DNA of 64,000 nucleotides, taken from NCBI GenBank assembly GCA_036630325.1, contig CP142726.1, positions 1,178,001 to 1,242,000 of the forward strand, in the 5' to 3' direction. Origin of the DNA: Vairimorpha necatrix. Its lineage: Eukaryota. How positions within the stretch are numbered: position 1 is the first letter of the stretch; each line of letters begins with the position of its first letter. Shown in pieces: positions 57,465-64,000 of this stretch. Position numbers and translations under genes: made by a program. The notes below the pieces were generated by a model. The model was not told where the DNA came from, searched no databases, and saw only the letters and a program-made list of their open reading frames with translations.

Positions 57465-59527
57465 AAAATCGGAATGTACATCTCGAAATCAAGAAATCTA
57501 ATAAAAATTAAGTTGAAAAAAAAACGAATGAAGTATATCTTATGATTGCAATTTGTCATATTAATCGTAAGAGACTAGTATTAAATGCGTTTGTATGAGT
57601 GCTACTTTGTCCGGAGGCCTCTGCCTGTTGTTATAAACACCTTCAATAGTGTTTCTCAATAATTTAAAAGGAATATAAAAGAAAATCCTATATTTTTAGC
57701 TCAATATAGTTGAGGCATTTGTGTTTTACAAAAATCTATGACATTTTGTATGTTTATTGTTATATTTTACAACAGTTTTTCATGTCGTGACGCATAAAAC
57801 AAAATATACCTATAATAATGCAATAGATCTGCAAATTGTTTACAAAATTTCCATATCTCTAATGTATAGCTCCTTGAATTTTTGTAGGCTTTCTAGCGCG
57901 TTATTTCTCTTTTTTTAGTGTTTTAATTCTATTGTTTGTACAAATATTCTTTGTCTAAATGGATCTTATGACTGTGTTTTAAAAGTGTATACTGTTATTT
58001 ACACGTATGCTTTTGTTGGGCAATATCACTGTTAATGTATAAAATAAGTTGAAAAAAACAGTTAAAATCCACTTTAGGTGGCAAAAAATTTAGTGACAAT
58101 TTTGTTTAAAAAAACTTTTTCTTATAAAAGATGTTATTAGAAGGAAAAATAAAAAATTTATTTATCATAAAATAATAACTATCACAACGAAAATGTATTA
58201 TTTCGGCCAAGAACACATTAAGAGCAAGATAACATGTATTTATAAGGAGTAAATGGTAAACATGCAAACACGGGGTTTCTTTTTTTTAAAATTCTATGTT
58301 TTCCAATACACATAAAAATCATCACAATATGAGACGGAATAGTGTGTATAAGTTAATAACGCGAATTTATAAAAAAATAGAAAATATGTTAGTTCTACAA
58401 TTGGCAAGCTAGATAAATAAGAATTTAATGAAAATTTTATAAACTGGATTAATATTATAGTTAAAATAGATGAATAAAAAAAGAGAAAATACGTATCACA
58501 GGAAAAGATTTTAAGGGGGTTTGATGTTTTGTAATGATGCAAAGAATTATTACTAATAATACATTATAGTTTCAGTAAATAAAATAAAACGCAGCACTCC
58601 AATGGTCAATTATATTAAATTCGTTTTGTGATTCTATAATTAATTTTTATAAAAGGCGTGCTTTTTTTAAAAAAAAAATTATTATTAAGAACATAAGATT
58701 GATAATTACAGATTGCGTCAGAGAATTATTGTATGGGATTGTACTAATACTATAAAAGAATTGGGGACTATAAAAACCATCTCTACAAATGAAAATTACG
58801 AATTTTTCCACAAAGTTAAAATATTTGACTTAATATATCATACGAAGAAAAGAAAAATGTAAATTTATATAAAAATTTTTGGCGAATATGTTTTTAATAT
58901 TTCTTTATGTTATAAAATATCATATATCTGTCTTCATTTTCTTTTTTAATAATTTTTTTCACACTTTGAAAATCCAAAATTTTTTTTCAAAAAGATTTTC
59001 ACATAAAGTTGAATTCATGGAAAATAGGTGGCTTTAACACCAAATTAATTGTTGTATTCTATTAAAAAAATAACTATAAGTAATTTTAAAAAGACATAAT
59101 AAACGAGTAAACTAAAAATAGTGAAAACATATAAATACACAGTTAAGTATGATTTTCATTAAAGATGTCTAAAACAAGATATAATAGTGCTATTTATTTT
59201 GCTAAATGTACGCGCCCTTAGGAATGTACAAAGAGGAATCATTTAGTTAAATATCAGAGAAATAATGTTTATGTAACAATTTAAAAAATCTAAAAAATAC
59301 AATATTTAGTTTGTAATATGTCATGGTAATCACAAAAATTATTTGTATACTTTTGCCATAATTTTGAAGATATAAGGCGAAAATCAAAAAAAGAATCGTT
59401 TTTTATTTTTTTAAATGTACTATATAAGATTAAACAACTGTGTAATTTTTTAGTAAAACACGAATATAACATTAAAGTCAGCTTAAGTTACCAAATTCCG
59501 ATATAGCTTTTTTTTTGTTTTTTATAA

Positions 59528-60418
59528 AAATGGAGGAAAGTAAATGATGAGGAAGAAACAAAAACTAAAGTAGAATAAATAATTTAAAAATCTACAAACA
59601 CTGAAGTGTTGTTTTTTTTTGAACCATATTTCTAATTAAATTTTGAGCTTTTGACGGATCTGTTTCTATTTTCTACAATATTATTTAAAGAGATCGCCAT
59701 TTACCTTAATGGAATTGGTATGAGCTATTACATCTAAATCTCTGCAATATATAAAATGATTTACTATATGATGTTGGTTAATATAGTATTTAAAGAATGA
59801 TAGGCTTCTGTATATCACTCTATATTGTGATGCTTAAACTTAATTATTTAAAAGAAGCACAGTAAGTCTGTTTTTATCTCTTTTCTAATATATTTGTACA
59901 ATTCTACATTAAATGATACGTTTTTCATTCATAAACACTAAAAATTTCTATTATTTTATCCTTAGTTTATTCTTTCCGATCTTAGTATCATCAATTTCTA
60001 CAATTATATTCTCGCCACCTGGATTTTCTATACTAGAAAAATAATAATTATAAAAGTATTTTTTTTAACACTTTTAAATGCTGCAGCATTTGATTTTTTG
60101 AATCGCAAAAAATTTGAGAAAATACTTACGAAGATAGCCAAGAATCTGCATTTTAGTACTTGTAATGTTGTAATGTAATATAGCCTATAATCTTGTAACT
60201 AAATTTGATCTTATATAGAATTTGTAATTTAACATATACTTCATGAATACCTTATAATACTTCTGTTTTTTCCTCTTTGTTTCATTTTAGAATTAAATAC
60301 TCCAATTTTCATTATTTAATCATTATATAAGATCGCTATTTCTTCTCTTGTTCGCATTATTTTCTCCAGTTTTTTAAAAAAGAGGCAAACCCTTCCCCCA
60401 TATCAACATCCTAACTAA
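59528..60418 (-). mobile_element. Duplicated decayed Merlin/ISXO2-like transposase
   Basis: Copy of 39560-40450. Confidence 0.75.
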
Positions 60419-61822
60419 AGCCGACTTTGGCCAATAAATGTTCTATTTTCGATAAATAATGCGTCGTTTCGATTTATTATGTGTTTTAAATTTTATTTTT
60501 AGAATTGATTATCTGAATTTACTTGATTTTTCTGCATATTATTGAAAAATAACAAATGCGTTATCCACTCATTCAAGAAAAATCAAAAAAAAATCTTTCT
60601 AGAAAAAAAATTATTACTATAACGAAAACAGATATTTTTGTAAAATTTTTGTCAAGAAAGCATCCCGATTACCGTTATATCTCGAAAAATTACATAAAAA
60701 TTATCATCTAGTGCTATTGAAGCATTTCACTTTAGCTTATTACCAAAAGAAAAGCAGAAGTTTTAATTTTAAACTTTATTTGGCAATTTAAAGCAGAAAA
60801 AAGTGGAATAACAAAAAACTAAAAAAAAATTTAAGGTATAATAAAGTAGCATAATATTTGAAAACAAAAATTCTTATTTTTATGTTTTTTAAACTCATAA
60901 ATATTTTCCTATTTACTAAGAATTATCTTTACTATGCATCGGATTCTTAAAAAAGATAATACTTGATCAATCTTATTAAAATAAATAGAGAGCACTGGCA
61001 AGATGCATAAACAACATAAACTCTTAGATTAATCACTTTTCCGCTCTAAAAATGAAGTGCAAAAAGGAGCAAGAAGGAAACAAAACTTGTTAAGTACTTA
61101 TGGTTGAAAAAGTAAATAAATCTGTTGTGTTTAAAATTAATTAAAAGGCAGAAGATCTGATTAACATTTTATTACTTGTAAAGGAGTTTATAAAATTAAG
61201 CTGGGATACGAAACACCTCTCCATAGATGGTATTTACAATAAATTTACCAAAAATGGAGCGCAAAAAAGGAGAAGCAAACAGTAGCACCTAAATAAAAGC
61301 TATCTTCAAACATTAAAGATATCAATTCAAATTTATATATATATATGTCTATAATATTTAATAATAAAATATGCTATTAAACTTTTTGATCTAATTAATG
61401 CTAATTATTTTATAAGCATTTTTTTTCATTAAAAAATTTGCTAGATTGTAGAATATGCGTTAAATTATTCTTGTCTGTCTGGTATTCCTTTTTTTAAAAG
61501 TTGGTCTAGTATATAAGAAGATTTATGAAGAAACCCTTTATATATACTAAATCAGCAAAAAAAAGAATATTGAAAGGTTAAAAGGTCGTAAAACTTTAAA
61601 TAATTGCAATGTAATGATAAAATATTTGTTTTCTTAGTATAAATATATTCCTTTGTTATTTTTAATGTCACAAGTACTTAGAAAGTTTAATTTCCCACTT
61701 GCTCCTCCGTTTTTTTAACTTCATTTTTGGATAAAAAATAAAGAGAAACATCCTCTAAAAAGGGCTGATTGCCATTTTGCCCCTTTTTAGTATATAAAAA
61801 AAAATTTTATTTAACCCCCATT

Positions 61823-63469
61823 ATGTTCATCATGCATTTCTTTTCAATGATTGTTTTTACACAAGCAGAACTTAGCCCGTTATACGAAGCTATAAAGAAC
61901 TGGTGGAACGAAAAAATTAAAGGTGGGGATTATTGGCCACTTGATACTACGAAAATATATTATCAAGCATACATAAAACCAAGATTTGAAAATTCCGACG
62001 GATTTTATAGTTGGAATTCGCGCTTATTTTTTGAAGAGCGCAATCATAAACGTGAAGAGGATTTGTTAACAAATATTAAATGTGAAAAAAGTCTCCCATT
62101 AAAGATTCTTGTTGATGAATATGAGAAAGAGCTGGCGAAAATTTGGAAGAAGAAAAAAATAGATAATTTTTTTCTAGTGTACAACGTTGAAGATTTAAAC
62201 AAGTACATAGATTCTAGTGAATCAATAACATTTAAAGAAGTTATAGAAGAAATTAGAAAAAGAAATAACGAAAGAAAAGAAACAAAAACCAAAGTTCAAT
62301 TTTATTTTAAAGAAATTTATGAAGGAGATAAGTATAAGGAAAAGCATTTTTTTGACATGATTAGATGTGAACCATATTTTAAGTTTAATTATTGGGCGTC
62401 CCCGTCTAGTACAAACACGCAGCCCAATTATTGTTCAAAAACAGAAATCCTTGACGGCATTTTATTTAGGATAAAAATAAACGAAACTCACTATTGTTTT
62501 GAACTTTCTAAGAAAGAAATAATTAACATTGTAAAAGAGTGTCTAAATGAGAAAGAAGTTATATATCAGATGTGTTTTGATTTATACGAAGATACTTTAT
62601 ATATTAAAGATTCTGATAAAATTTTGGATTTATTTGCAGAGTATAAATCGTATGGTTTAAAAAGTATACCTCGATACACGAAAAACTGCGAATTAAATAA
62701 TTTAGTAAAAGATAAACAAGATATACTTCAATGGTATAAGAAAAATAATATCTCAAATTACACAGATCAGAATTTTGATTTTGAAAGTATGAAATATTTG
62801 GAAAAAATCAAAGATCTAGCAGAAAGTTTAAATCTTAAAAGAATTGAGGCATTTGATATATTATTGAAAAGTGAAGAAATTGGGATTCTCATAGAAAAAG
62901 TTCTTCTAAGATCGGGAGCTCGCTTGGATGCATTATTTGGATATTTATTAGTAGTCGAGAAAATAATTAGCAGAGATGATTTAAATAACTACATAAATAA
63001 TATCTTAGATTATAAAAATAGCATTATACTCAAGTTATCTGACAGAATGAATAGAAAATTCAGTTTAATTGTGATTTATCTATTTTTCGAAGCAGAAAGA
63101 TATATTAATGAACAAGAGGTGGTCGGGAAAACTTTTCAAATTTTGAAAGAAATTGGAAATATTATGGAAAATGGTTCGATTAAAAGCGGAAAAGGACCAA
63201 ATCAAACGATCCAATATTTAAATCTGGTTGATATTATGAATAAAGTTTTCGCAAAACAAAGTGAAAATATTGAAGTTTATGGAATATATAATATATACAA
63301 TATTATTTCACTATTAGCAGATTCTAATTCTCGACTTGATAGATTTTATTTAACAAGATACAAGGAAAAAGTGGATAAAAATGGTATTATTAAAAACCTT
63401 AAGCTTGACGAAAATAAAGTAAAAGAAGATAACAAGAAAATGATGGACAAACTAAAGGGATCTATCTAA
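61823..63469 (+). CDS. Secreted multigene-family protein, copy C (548 aa)
   Basis: Differs from copy A at 7 amino acids. Confidence 0.9.
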   Translation: MFIMHFFSMIVFTQAELSPLYEAIKNWWNEKIKGGDYWPLDTTKIYYQAYIKPRFENSDGFYSWNSRLFFEERNHKREEDLLTNIKCEKSLPLKILVDEYEKELAKIWKKKKIDNFFLVYNVEDLNKYIDSSESITFKEVIEEIRKRNNERKETKTKVQFYFKEIYEGDKYKEKHFFDMIRCEPYFKFNYWASPSSTNTQPNYCSKTEILDGILFRIKINETHYCFELSKKEIINIVKECLNEKEVIYQMCFDLYEDTLYIKDSDKILDLFAEYKSYGLKSIPRYTKNCELNNLVKDKQDILQWYKKNNISNYTDQNFDFESMKYLEKIKDLAESLNLKRIEAFDILLKSEEIGILIEKVLLRSGARLDALFGYLLVVEKIISRDDLNNYINNILDYKNSIILKLSDRMNRKFSLIVIYLFFEAERYINEQEVVGKTFQILKEIGNIMENGSIKSGKGPNQTIQYLNLVDIMNKVFAKQSENIEVYGIYNIYNIISLLADSNSRLDRFYLTRYKEKVDKNGIIKNLKLDENKVKEDNKKMMDKLKGSI

Positions 63470-64000
63470 GAAAAAAAAATAAAGGTCTTTTTTAAACATT
63501 TAATTTAACATTTATTGCGGTTAGATCTATGTATTTTTAATGTTTATTTTTCCTTCTGATTATCAAGTTTTATAAATTGTTTGTACATTTTAAAAAAATA
63601 TTTTAAATTATACTACATCTCTGCAGTCAAATAGCATATAAATTTCAGGTTAAAAAACGAATGAATTGTGTTGCAGGATCGCAATTTATCGGATTTATCT
63701 TAAGAGCATAGTATTAAATCTGTTTATATGAGTGCAGCTTTCTCTGACATCTCTAGCATGTTATTATATGCAATTCAAATAGCCTCCCAAGACATAATAG
63801 AGACTAAATAATAATTCTATAATTATAACTCAATCAAGTTAAAAATTTGTGTTTTGCACCAACCCCTGGCATTGCGCATATTTATTGTTCTATTTTACAA
63901 CCGTTTTCCATGTCGTGACGCATAAGCAAAACATACCTTCAATAATGCAATAGATCTACAAGTTGTTTTTAAAATTTCCATATCCATCATGTTAAGCCTT

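Larger units (their letters stand above)
58166..64000 (+). repeat. Segmental repeat unit, copy 2 (runs off the window)
   Basis: Near-identical to 38198-44035. Confidence 0.97.

Overview
Very AT-rich eukaryotic DNA with intronless, compact genes and CCC/GGG motifs just upstream of many start codons. This points to a microsporidian, probably Nosema/Vairimorpha-like (inference). The window has three zones. (1) 1-11.5 kb is gene-poor: a secreted-protein gene, its dead tandem paralog and Merlin/IS1595-like transposase relics. (2) 11.5-31.4 kb is a core block: NOT1, ARH1, VMA1, a divergent RVB2, a spore-wall-like protein, CTU2, an ATM1-like ABC transporter and TFIIF-alpha, plus one MITE. (3) 31.9-64 kb is an accessory block of repeated units carrying a ~550-aa secreted gene family (3 copies), invaded by nested mobile elements. 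The main observation is three distinct Ty3/gypsy elements with LTRs of only 48, 61 and 69 bp. Each LTR contains the host-type CCC promoter motif and the gag start codon, so the tRNA primer-binding site is translated. One of them is a fully intact 3446-bp element. Also present: a gag-only LTR element without a tRNA PBS whose 5' LTR is split by a 515-bp Helitron, a ~790-bp GC-rich tRNA-headed SINE-like element, and a 5'-truncated LINE-like insertion. All alignments and counts were done by eye; no database searches were run.
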